Shown piece after piece: positions 5,723 through 13,630 of a stretch of 49,628 bases of DNA. Below the pieces are notes generated by a model. The model was not told the DNA's origin, did not search any database, and saw only the letters and a program-made list of their open reading frames with translations. Made by a program: the position numbers and the translations under genes. Position 1 is the stretch's first letter, and each line of letters starts with the position of its first letter. The DNA comes from Escherichia phage JMPW1: the sequence record NC_041874.1; one strand, written 5' to 3'.

Positions 5723-6169
5723 ATGAAACACTTAATTTGCATTGAAACGCCTAACGACCAGTACACCCTGCACGGCATTGGAATGTTCAAAGGTCACTAC
5801 ATGACAGCAAGTATTCATGATTCGCGTTGCGTCAATGGCGATCTGATGATTACGTCAAAAGAAGTAACTCCGTACATTATGCAGAATCTTGGCAATAACG
5901 AATATATGGCCTACGGATGCAATGCGGTGTACAAGCATATCAAGATCAGAAAACGCGTTGTTCGCGCATTCAAGAAAATTGCAATGAAACAATGGAAGAT
6001 GAGCAAGAAAGATGCTGGACGCTGGGCGCGTAACGTTGCAGATTCATACTTCTACCGTAACGGTGAGTCCTGCCACTTCCTTATCGATGAACTTATGGAA
6101 AACTACGGCGGCGACTTCAGTCAGGGTGGCTTTGACGCTTGGGCTGACTACGAGGTCGATTACTGGTAA
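5723..6169 (+). CDS. hypothetical early protein (148 aa)
   Basis: ATG after ACGAGGAAGCACTC. The 5681 start in the ORF track overlaps the -10 hexamer TATGAT 5687-5692. Confidence 0.55.
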   Translation: MKHLICIETPNDQYTLHGIGMFKGHYMTASIHDSRCVNGDLMITSKEVTPYIMQNLGNNEYMAYGCNAVYKHIKIRKRVVRAFKKIAMKQWKMSKKDAGRWARNVADSYFYRNGESCHFLIDELMENYGGDFSQGGFDAWADYEVDYW

Positions 6170-6212
6170 TAGCACGAATTGCTAAAACTTGCTCAAGGGC
6201 ATTTGATAGAAT
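6170..6212 (+). promoter_or_regulatory. palindrome-promoter cassette
   Basis: TAGCAcgaatTGCTA, 22 nt, TGaTAGAAT 6207-6212; hairpin AAGGGCAT/ATGCCCTT. Confidence 0.6.
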
Positions 6213-6252
6213 GCCCTTCGTTGAGTTAAGCAACCAATCAGAGGAATAAATC

Positions 6253-6864
6253 ATGGATAAAATTACCATTTGGGGCCAGACAATCAACCTGTTTCTCGGC
6301 ACGCGCCGCGTAGCAATCTTTGACTTTGATGGAACACTTAGCGATGGATCTGGTCGACTTCACCTGCTACCTACAAAGGATTTGCACTTAACTGAAAGCT
6401 GGTCCGAGTTTAACCGCGCGGCAATATTTGACAACCCTATCCAAAGCACGATCGATGTGATGAACTCTATGTATGCCGCTGGTCATCATGTGATCATTTT
6501 AACCGGGCGAAGTGATGAGGTGCGTTACGCATCTGAGTTGTGGCTTAAGCATCACGGCGCTCGATATGATTACCTGATTATGCGACCATACACCGATAAC
6601 CGGAAAGACACAGTAATGAAAGAAGAGGCGGTGCGCGCGATCGGCATTGATAACATTCTGGCGGCCTGGGATGACTCACCGCAAATTATTCCATTATTCC
6701 GCTCACTTGGAATAACCACTTACGCTGTAGTTGACTATGGCGATAAAGTTCACGATCATTTAAAATCTCACGGGGTAGATGAGGTTTGCAATCATGAACC
6801 ATCTGAGCCGCTACCGCCATTTGGTGAGAAAATTTGCATTAAGTGCAAGGAGTTATTGAAGTGA
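6253..6864 (+). CDS. HAD-family polynucleotide 3'-phosphatase-like protein (T4 Pnkp C-terminal-domain type)
   Basis: DFDGTL motif I, ILTGR motif, RKDTVMKEEAV and WDDSPQIIPLFRSLGI. These resemble T4 Pnkp phosphatase-domain blocks (RKDDVVKEE, IDDRTQVVEMW) as I remember them. Confidence 0.75.
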   Translation: MDKITIWGQTINLFLGTRRVAIFDFDGTLSDGSGRLHLLPTKDLHLTESWSEFNRAAIFDNPIQSTIDVMNSMYAAGHHVIILTGRSDEVRYASELWLKHHGARYDYLIMRPYTDNRKDTVMKEEAVRAIGIDNILAAWDDSPQIIPLFRSLGITTYAVVDYGDKVHDHLKSHGVDEVCNHEPSEPLPPFGEKICIKCKELLK

Positions 6865-6971
6865 ACCTATACGAATTTATTGCAGCACATCCGGTACTAA
6901 CAGTTATCATTCTGTTAATCATAAACTCCACCATCATCAATGTGGCGAAATTATTTTTAGGGAGATACTGA
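6861..6971 (+). CDS. possible 36-aa membrane peptide
   Basis: GTGA overlap with upstream stop; MNLYEFIAAHPVLTVIILLIINSTIINVAKLFLGRY; its stop lies 1 nt before the next ATG. Confidence 0.3.
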   Translation: MNLYEFIAAHPVLTVIILLIINSTIINVAKLFLGRY

Positions 6972-6972
6972 C

Positions 6973-7545
6973 ATGAAAACAGCTATCATTTTAAACGGTG
7001 CGCCTGGCGCGGGAAAAGACACTATAGGGTGCATCCTGGCTGACACTTACGATCATGTAGCGCTACGCAGCTTTAAAGCTCCAATGTTTGAGATTGCCCG
7101 AGCAATCCTGGGTGAGACTAATTTTGAGTATTTCATGTTCTTGTATGAGGACCGTCGCTATAAAGAAGAGCCAGCATCAATCCTGAACGGTAAAAGCCCG
7201 CGCCAGTTTATGATCTGGATTAGCGAGGAGGTTATCAAGCCGCAGTTCGGAAATCGCTTCTTCGGTATGCGAGCGGAAAGCAAGGTGAAAGAGTCTCACT
7301 CCCTTTCGGTATTTACTGACGGTGGATTCAAAGACGAAATCTTGCAGATGATTGAAGGTGAAATCCAGGTCAAGCTATGTCGAATCCATCGCAACGGTTG
7401 CAACTTTGACAACGACAGTCGCGACTACATCTATCTTGACGATATGATCGGGGTCAACGGTTATCAGGAATGTGACTTCTTCTCTGTCGAAGGTCATCCA
7501 GAAATTACCGCTCAGCACATAGCCGCCACGTTCATCAACAAATAG
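6973..7545 (+). CDS. P-loop kinase of the phage dNMP-kinase family
   Basis: Walker A GAPGAGKDT; LNGKSP and SPRQFMIWISEE blocks resemble T4 gp1 dNMP kinase (GKDT, LNGKSP). Confidence 0.7.
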   Translation: MKTAIILNGAPGAGKDTIGCILADTYDHVALRSFKAPMFEIARAILGETNFEYFMFLYEDRRYKEEPASILNGKSPRQFMIWISEEVIKPQFGNRFFGMRAESKVKESHSLSVFTDGGFKDEILQMIEGEIQVKLCRIHRNGCNFDNDSRDYIYLDDMIGVNGYQECDFFSVEGHPEITAQHIAATFINK

Positions 7546-7585
7546 CACGAATTGCTAAAACGTCGGTGGGGTGACTTGATATAGT
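7543..7585 (+). promoter_or_regulatory. palindrome-promoter cassette
   Basis: TAGCAcgaatTGCTA, 22 nt, TGaTATAGT 7580-7585; imperfect hairpin GGGGTGAC/GTTACCTC. Confidence 0.6.
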
Positions 7586-7617
7586 TACCTCATCGACAAC
7601 GAAGAGAGAAAATCGAA

Positions 7618-7827
7618 ATGATGGTATCAACTGATAAGTTTTTCACTTGCACTAAAACTTCTGAAGTATTCGAACTGGTTCATACTGATAATGGTGACTT
7701 CATGCATGACGGTTGCGACGTTTTCATTGAAGTGAAAGAAAGCGACTATGACTATGGGGTTTATTATAACCCGGCAGTGAACACTCAGTTTTTTACACCG
7801 ATCGAAGAGGAAGGAGAAGAAGCATGA
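7618..7827 (+). CDS. hypothetical acidic protein (69 aa)
   Basis: Follows cassette 7543-7585; acidic C-terminus EEEGEEA. Confidence 0.5.
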   Translation: MMVSTDKFFTCTKTSEVFELVHTDNGDFMHDGCDVFIEVKESDYDYGVYYNPAVNTQFFTPIEEEGEEA

Positions 7828-8168
7828 TCACGATTAACCTGTCAGATAAACAAGCGCGTGAAATCCTCGATACTATCGGCGAACAGCTTCACGTAAAAGT
7901 CGCTACCGCTGAGATTCTTAACCAGATCGAAAGACAGCTAACCCCGGTGTCGACGAATCAGGCTGAGTTCTCAATCTGGAAAAGCGAGCGAATCCTGCCA
8001 AATATCATCAAGGCATGGAAGCGCAAGAATAAAAAAGAAATCAATGTTGATGACTTATTTTCTGATGAATTAAGTCCTTCAAAGGTTGCTCAATATCAGT
8101 TGCGATACATGGAATCAGTTTGCAATCAGGTTTTAAATGTCAACTTTTCATTCGGGAGTGGTAAATAA
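7824..8168 (+). CDS. hypothetical protein (114 aa)
   Basis: ATGA overlap with upstream gene. Confidence 0.5.
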   Translation: MITINLSDKQAREILDTIGEQLHVKVATAEILNQIERQLTPVSTNQAEFSIWKSERILPNIIKAWKRKNKKEINVDDLFSDELSPSKVAQYQLRYMESVCNQVLNVNFSFGSGK

Positions 8169-8398
8169 TGTTTGGTTTAAGTGAAGCGGAATGGAACGTG
8201 GTAAAGCGCGCGGCGAAGGAATTGAATAAATTCGTTAGCGGAATGAAGAAAGAAGATCGCAAAAACGAAAAGATTATGATTGATGTGATCTCAACTCATC
8301 ACAAAAAGGTTGAGCTACTCATCGACCGCTACAAGTTTGTATGGACCGCCGGATATATTGCAGGGCGCGTAGGTAACAAAGAGGGTGATTACGAATAA
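8168..8398 (+). CDS. hypothetical protein (76 aa)
   Basis: TAATG overlap with upstream gene. Confidence 0.5.
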   Translation: MFGLSEAEWNVVKRAAKELNKFVSGMKKEDRKNEKIMIDVISTHHKKVELLIDRYKFVWTAGYIAGRVGNKEGDYE

Positions 8399-8601
8399 TG
8401 GCTAACTTACCGAAGAAAGGCGATCAGGTTCGATGTGTTACATCACGCAATGGTGATGCTTTCTCAGCGGGATGCTTGTATGACGTTGAAAAAGTAAGTA
8501 AAGCAAAGAGACTCGTATTTGTATACGGAGACGATGGAAATATTCATGAGATTGACTACCCGCAGGATATTACTAATGGCCAATTTGAAATTAATGATTG
8601 A
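8398..8601 (+). CDS. hypothetical small beta-rich protein (67 aa), mini-domain family member
   Basis: TAATG overlap; KKGDQVRCVTSRNGDAFSAGCLYDV...GDDGNIHEI resembles the MKFEC-type mini-domains. Confidence 0.5.
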   Translation: MANLPKKGDQVRCVTSRNGDAFSAGCLYDVEKVSKAKRLVFVYGDDGNIHEIDYPQDITNGQFEIND

Positions 8602-8627
8602 CCTGAATCTCTGAGCGGTGATAGTAT
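8598..8627 (+). promoter_or_regulatory. sigma70-type promoter candidate with extended -10
   Basis: TTGACC (8598-8603), 18-nt spacer, TGaTAGTAT (-10 at 8622-8627); heads a 140-nt hairpin-rich untranslated stretch. Confidence 0.4.
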
Positions 8628-8765
8628 TAATCCCGTAGACAGACGAGGCGCAAATAAGCGCAACGCGTGAGACGATTCTCACACTTCCAGCTAACAAGCT
8701 CGGTTGCATAGTGGTTAAGCAACGCCGCAGACCCGTAAGCGGCAACAATTCAAGAGGATTGCATA

Positions 8766-8927
8766 ATGCAAAAAACTAAAGACGAATCAGTCAAAATTGA
8801 AATTAAAGTAACTCGCAACGGTGAAACCACTAGTTATAAAAAACGATTAAATCCTGGCGAGGCTGTTATTGGTCGCATTGCTGGCGTTATGATTAAGGCG
8901 CAGGAAGATGAAGCGATTCAAAGTTAA
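8766..8927 (+). CDS. possible hypothetical protein (53 aa)
   Basis: AAGAGGATTGCATA-ATG; below the ORF-track length cut-off; MQKTKDESVKIEIKVTRNGETTSYKK... Confidence 0.35.
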   Translation: MQKTKDESVKIEIKVTRNGETTSYKKRLNPGEAVIGRIAGVMIKAQEDEAIQS

Positions 8928-9093
8928 ATTAATTATTCGAAAGATGGGAATGTTTTGCCAGTCGTGCAAGCAATCTTTCGAAACTGAATTATCAGCAACC
9001 AGTCAGGATGAAGCCATCACGAAAGCAAAAAAACTTTCCGGCGCTAACCTTGACACTCACAAAATAAATATTGAATTAATCAAGGAGATTTAA
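8908..9093 (+). CDS. hypothetical protein (61 aa; start uncertain)
   Basis: ORF track; contains CQSC; overlaps 8766-8927 by 20 nt. Confidence 0.4.
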   Translation: MKRFKVKLIIRKMGMFCQSCKQSFETELSATSQDEAITKAKKLSGANLDTHKINIELIKEI

Positions 9094-9094
9094 C

Positions 9095-9322
9095 ATGACA
9101 ATTTTTTTATTGATTATCGCTGGTGTCATTATTTTTGGTGCTGGTTTGTTTGCTGGCTTCGCACTTGTGGCGGCAGCAATTGCGATGGACGCGAAGGATA
9201 AAACTGGTGTATGGCTGACCTACTCGCCTAAGAAGGATCAATGGGAAATGACTGGCGACCTTGCTCACTGCTACTCTAAAGCTCAGACCCACCCTAAAGG
9301 CATTAAACGACGATTATCGTGA
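9095..9322 (+). CDS. membrane protein (75 aa)
   Basis: GGAG SD; N-terminal TM helix IFLLIIAGVIIFGAGLFAGFALVAAAIA; followed by terminator 9331-9354. Confidence 0.5.
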   Translation: MTIFLLIIAGVIIFGAGLFAGFALVAAAIAMDAKDKTGVWLTYSPKKDQWEMTGDLAHCYSKAQTHPKGIKRRLS

Positions 9323-9330
9323 TAAATACT

Positions 9331-9354
9331 AACCCGCTTCGGCGGGTTTTTTTA
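9331..9354 (+). terminator. intrinsic terminator (end of early region)
   Basis: ACCCGC ttcg GCGGGT followed by TTTTTTT. Confidence 0.8.
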
Positions 9355-9365
9355 TGCCTGCAATA

Positions 9366-9388
9366 TGGTAAAATAGCACTAAATGTTA
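9366..9388 (+). promoter_or_regulatory. extended -10 promoter overlapped by palindrome (terS)
   Basis: TGgTAAAAT (9366-9374); its last T is the first base of TAGCActaaaTGTTA (9374-9388), 18 nt before the terS ATG. Confidence 0.45.
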
Positions 9389-9406
9389 AACAAAGAGGAT
9401 GGATTT

Positions 9407-9931
9407 ATGAGTGAACCTAAGAACGCCCCCGTAGTCCAGGGAGGTAATTTCAAAGAGCTATACAAGAAAAAGTTCGGCACTGTTCTTGCTAAAAACCGGG
9501 CAATGACGCCTGAGCAACTATTCGATCTGTCAGTTAAGTATTTCGAATGGGCTGAGGACAACGCAATCAAGGCGTCAGAATCAGCCAGCTTTCAGGGTGG
9601 CGTTTATGAATCGCTAGTTCATAAGCCGCGAGTCTTCACCTGGACCGGATACCGACTATTCATCGGTGCAAGCGAGGCAGCAATCATTAAGTGGAAGCGA
9701 GAGGAAGAATACAGTGAGGTTATGGAGTTTGTGGAATCGGTAATCAACGAGCAAAAATTCCAGCTTGCCGCCAACGGTGTTATTAATGCCTCCTTTATCG
9801 GTAAGGATCTCGGAATCGATAAGCCAGCCTCAATCAATATCGAAAACTCGTCAGCTTCCGCATCGACAGTAGTCGCCACCACTGAGGATGCAATGAAAGA
9901 GGCAGTAAATAGCATTCTTGACATGCTTTAA
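9407..9931 (+). CDS. terS: terminase small subunit
   Basis: Immediately upstream of terL; GAGGATGG SD; FEWAEDNAIK...FTWTGYRLFIG resembles T1-type small-terminase proteins (from memory). Confidence 0.7.
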   Translation: MSEPKNAPVVQGGNFKELYKKKFGTVLAKNRAMTPEQLFDLSVKYFEWAEDNAIKASESASFQGGVYESLVHKPRVFTWTGYRLFIGASEAAIIKWKREEEYSEVMEFVESVINEQKFQLAANGVINASFIGKDLGIDKPASINIENSSASASTVVATTEDAMKEAVNSILDML

Positions 9932-9970
9932 CGTTACGGGCGCGCGAGCGCCCACATGGGAGACTTAATC

Positions 9971-11539
9971 ATGATTCAATGGGAAGACCTTAACGCAACG
10001 CAGAAGTTAGCGATCAAGAAAATGAGCGAGGCCAATTTCGAAAAAATGATTCGGATCTGGTTCCAGCTTATGCAGGCGCAGCAGTTCCAGCCTAACTGGC
10101 ATCACCTTTACCTATGTCACGAAGTGGAGGAAATAATTGCAGGCCGACGCGGCAACACTATCTTTAACGTCACGCCTGGTTCCGGTAAAACTGAAGTGTT
10201 CTCAATTCACCTTCCGGTATACGCAATGCTCAAGTGTAAAAAGGTGCGAAACCTTAACGTGTCGTTTGCCGACAGCTTGGTTAAGCGTAACAGTAAGCGT
10301 GTCCGTGAGATTATCAGCAGCAACGAATTTCAAGAGCTATGGCCTTGCAAGTTCGGCACATCGAAAGACGAGGAGATGCAGGTTCTTAACGAAGATGGAA
10401 AGGTTTGGTTTGAGTTGATATCCGCAGCGGCTGGAGGTCGTATTACAGGTTCGCGTGGTGGCTACATGACGCCGGGATTCTCCGGTATGGTAATGCTCGA
10501 CGATATCGACAAGCCTGATGATATGTTCTCAAAGGTTAAGCGTGAGCGTACGCATATGCTACTGAAGAACACCATTCGCTCGCGCCGTATGCACAACGAA
10601 ACGCCAATCATCGCAATTCAGCAGCGACTACACGCACAGGATTCAACATGGTTCATGATGAATGGCGGGATGGGGATCGAGTTTGATCAAATCTCAATTC
10701 CGGCACTGGTGACTGAAGAATACGGAAAGACGCTTCCTGACTGGTTACAACCATACTTCGAGCGCGACGTTTTGTCGTCTGAGTATGTAGAATTGGATGG
10801 AGTTAAGCATTACTCATTCTGGCCCAGCAAGGAAAGCGTTCACGACCTGTTAGCTCTTCGAGAAGCGGACCAGTATACCTTTGACTCTCAGTATCAGCAG
10901 AAGCCGATCGCGCTTGGTGGCTCCGTGTTCAATTCGGAGTGGTGGACTTATTACGGCAGCAGCCTTGACGCTGATGAGCCGGATCCTGGTAAATATGATT
11001 ACCGTTTTATCACCGCTGATACCGCTCAGAAGACAGGTGAGCTAAACGACTACACAGTCTTTTGTTTATGGGGTAAGAAAAACGATAAGGTTTACTTTAT
11101 CGACGGCATTCGCGGAAAGTGGGAAGCGCCGGATATGGAGAAGCAATTTACCGCTTTCGTCAACCAAGCATGGAGGCACAATAAATCAATGGGGGTGCTT
11201 CGTAAAATCTATGTGGAAGATAAGGCGAGTGGTACGGGCTTAATCCAGAATCTAAGGAAAAAGACTCCGATATCCATCACTCCATTGCAGCGTAACAAAG
11301 ACAAAGTTACCCGAGCTATGGATGCCCAGCCAGTTATTAAAGCCGGGCGCGTGGTTCTGCCAGAAGAGCACCCCATGCTTGCGGAAATTATCGCGGAACA
11401 TAGCGCGTTCACTTACGATGACACGCATCCGCACGACGATATTGTCGATAACTTCATGGACGCTGCAAACATTGAACTACTGACAATTGACGATCCTATC
11501 GAGAGAATGAAGCGACTCGCCGGGATGGTTAAGCGGTAA
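9971..11539 (+). CDS. terL: terminase large subunit
   Basis: Walker A VTPGSGKTE, Walker B-like MVMLDDID, C-terminal RNaseH-like nuclease region (ITADTAQK...FCLWG...DD); GGGAG SD before ATG 9971. Confidence 0.9.
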   Translation: MIQWEDLNATQKLAIKKMSEANFEKMIRIWFQLMQAQQFQPNWHHLYLCHEVEEIIAGRRGNTIFNVTPGSGKTEVFSIHLPVYAMLKCKKVRNLNVSFADSLVKRNSKRVREIISSNEFQELWPCKFGTSKDEEMQVLNEDGKVWFELISAAAGGRITGSRGGYMTPGFSGMVMLDDIDKPDDMFSKVKRERTHMLLKNTIRSRRMHNETPIIAIQQRLHAQDSTWFMMNGGMGIEFDQISIPALVTEEYGKTLPDWLQPYFERDVLSSEYVELDGVKHYSFWPSKESVHDLLALREADQYTFDSQYQQKPIALGGSVFNSEWWTYYGSSLDADEPDPGKYDYRFITADTAQKTGELNDYTVFCLWGKKNDKVYFIDGIRGKWEAPDMEKQFTAFVNQAWRHNKSMGVLRKIYVEDKASGTGLIQNLRKKTPISITPLQRNKDKVTRAMDAQPVIKAGRVVLPEEHPMLAEIIAEHSAFTYDDTHPHDDIVDNFMDAANIELLTIDDPIERMKRLAGMVKR

Positions 11540-11555
11540 TAAATGAGATATAATC

Positions 11556-11583
11556 AGGGCTGTCAATTGACGGCCCTTTTTAT
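11556..11583 (+). terminator. terminator-like hairpin between terL and portal
   Basis: GGGCTGTCAATTGACGGCCC palindrome then TTTTTATTGGAGG. Confidence 0.55.
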
Positions 11584-11593
11584 TGGAGGAAAC

Positions 11594-12877
11594 ATGAAAA
11601 TTGTTAAGCATGATGGATATAACGATATTTTTAACGGCGGTGCAGACGGATCGCCTAAGCCATTCTTTATGTCTGATGCATCATATCACGTCGGTTCTTT
11701 CTACAACGACAACGCAACCGCGAAGCGAATTGTGGATGTTATCCCGGAAGAGATGGTGACGGCTGGTTTTAAAATGTCAGGCGTTAAGGATGAAAAAGAG
11801 TTCAAGTCTTTATGGGATAGCTACAAACTTGATTCAAGTCTGGTGGATCTTCTTTGTTGGGCGCGACTTTACGGTGGCGCGGCGATGGTGGCAATCATCA
11901 ACGACAACCGGATGTTAACCAGTCAGGCAAAGCCTGGAGCCAAACTTGAAGGCGTCCGAGTTTACGATCGATTTGCTATCACTGTTGAAAAGCGAGTCAC
12001 CAATGCAAGATCCCCTCGCTATGGTGAGCCTGAAATCTACAAGGTATCCCCTGGCGACAATATGCAGCCGTATCTGATTCATCACTCAAGAGTCTTTATT
12101 GCTGATGGTGAGCGAGTAACGCAACAGGCAAGAAAACAGAATCAAGGATGGGGAGCATCGGTATTGAACAAGTCACTGATTGATGCAATCTGTGACTATG
12201 ATTACTGTGAATCTCTGGCTACTCAGATCTTGAGACGTAAGCAACAGGCTGTATGGAAGGTCAAAGGTCTTGCCGAAATGTGTGATGATGATGATGCTCA
12301 GTACGCCGCGCGCCTGCGACTTGCTCAGGTTGATGATAACTCCGGCGTGGGCCGTGCGATCGGTATCGATGCTGAGACTGAGGAATATGACGTTCTCAAC
12401 TCTGATATCAGCGGAGTTCCTGAGTTCTTATCAAGCAAGATGGACCGCATCGTCTCCCTATCCGGGATCCATGAGATTATCATCAAGAATAAGAACGTAG
12501 GCGGCGTATCAGCGAGCCAAAACACAGCGCTTGAGACTTTCTATAAGCTAGTCGATCGCAAGCGCGAGGAAGATTACAGGCCGCTTCTTGAGTTCTTGTT
12601 GCCGTTCATTGTTGATGAGGAAGAGTGGTCGATCGAGTTTGAGCCTTTGTCTGTTCCGAGTAAGAAAGAGGAATCAGAGATCACGAAGAATAACGTTGAG
12701 TCAGTCACGAAGGCTATCACTGAGCAAATCATCGATCTGGAAGAAGCTCGCGACACGTTGCGATCCATTGCCCCTGAGTTCAAACTCAAGGATGGTAATA
12801 ACATCAACATTCGCGAACCGGAAGAAACAACCGAACCGGAGCCGGGATTAGGGGAGAAGTTAGAAGATGAAAATTAA
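11594..12877 (+). CDS. portal protein
   Basis: Position after terL, about 427 aa, acidic C-terminus; TTGGAGGAAAC-ATG. The 11543 start in the ORF track runs through the terminator hairpin. Confidence 0.85.
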   Translation: MKIVKHDGYNDIFNGGADGSPKPFFMSDASYHVGSFYNDNATAKRIVDVIPEEMVTAGFKMSGVKDEKEFKSLWDSYKLDSSLVDLLCWARLYGGAAMVAIINDNRMLTSQAKPGAKLEGVRVYDRFAITVEKRVTNARSPRYGEPEIYKVSPGDNMQPYLIHHSRVFIADGERVTQQARKQNQGWGASVLNKSLIDAICDYDYCESLATQILRRKQQAVWKVKGLAEMCDDDDAQYAARLRLAQVDDNSGVGRAIGIDAETEEYDVLNSDISGVPEFLSSKMDRIVSLSGIHEIIIKNKNVGGVSASQNTALETFYKLVDRKREEDYRPLLEFLLPFIVDEEEWSIEFEPLSVPSKKEESEITKNNVESVTKAITEQIIDLEEARDTLRSIAPEFKLKDGNNINIREPEETTEPEPGLGEKLEDEN

Positions 12878-13628
12878 TGGCGTTGCAACACAGTGGCGCT
12901 ATCCTGAAATGAGCGAGCGCGCAATGTCGCGCTCCCTACAGGATGTTGCAGCCAAACTAACTGAAAAAATGCGTGACGAATTAAAGCCGATGAAATTTGA
13001 CGCTACTGACGAAGAGATAGATCAGACAGAAAGGTCATTGCTTGATTACGTCGAATCACTCATCGCTCCGATTATTGGTTCTCTATCATCCGTTGCGCTC
13101 GCGATCTATAAATTCAACTCTAAGCAGTGGCTGCGCATCGCTCGCAATGCTGGAGGTAAGAAGAATCAAGCCGTGATGCTACTAGCCCTGATTGGTCCTA
13201 CCGCTGCCGAAAGCTGGTACTCAGGACAATATAATCTGTGGCGATCGCAGGTGACTACTTCTATCAGGAAATTTGCCGCCAACATGGTTACTGATTTCAC
13301 TGATAAACTTCGTGCGGCATCCGGTCAGGGTAAAAGCAAGGATTTTGTTGTTGAACTTGCTAAGGAGCGATTTGGTATTTACCGTAGCTGGGCCAAAAAT
13401 AGAGCGTCGGGAATTGTCGGAACCTGGAACAGTAGACTGATGCGGCAGCGCATAAAAGACGCTGGTGTATCTTACTATTTCTGGCGCGGGGTGATGGATT
13501 TACGCGAACGTGAAAAACATGTAAGATGGGAAGGTAAGCGCATAGCGGTAGATTCCGATCACGTATTCCCGGGTGAAGAATACAACTGCCGCTGTTGGGC
13601 TGTTCCAGACTTTTCTACAGGAGATTAA
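12867..13628 (+). CDS. head morphogenesis protein (SPP1 gp7 / Mu F-like)
   Basis: Follows portal; C-terminal HVFPGEEYNCRCWAVP matches the Mu-F-family NCRC signature. Confidence 0.8.
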   Translation: MKINGVATQWRYPEMSERAMSRSLQDVAAKLTEKMRDELKPMKFDATDEEIDQTERSLLDYVESLIAPIIGSLSSVALAIYKFNSKQWLRIARNAGGKKNQAVMLLALIGPTAAESWYSGQYNLWRSQVTTSIRKFAANMVTDFTDKLRAASGQGKSKDFVVELAKERFGIYRSWAKNRASGIVGTWNSRLMRQRIKDAGVSYYFWRGVMDLREREKHVRWEGKRIAVDSDHVFPGEEYNCRCWAVPDFSTGD

Positions 13629-13630
13629 AA

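Noticed and set aside
8690-8745. tRNA-like look (TTGC-ATAGTGGTTAA-GCAA resembles a D-arm, followed by a GCCGC...GCGGC stem)
   Set aside because: The second stem has a 10-nt loop rather than a 7-nt anticodon loop. There is no T-arm (GTTCGAATC-like sequence) and no acceptor-stem pairing. The sequence runs straight into an SD and ATG.
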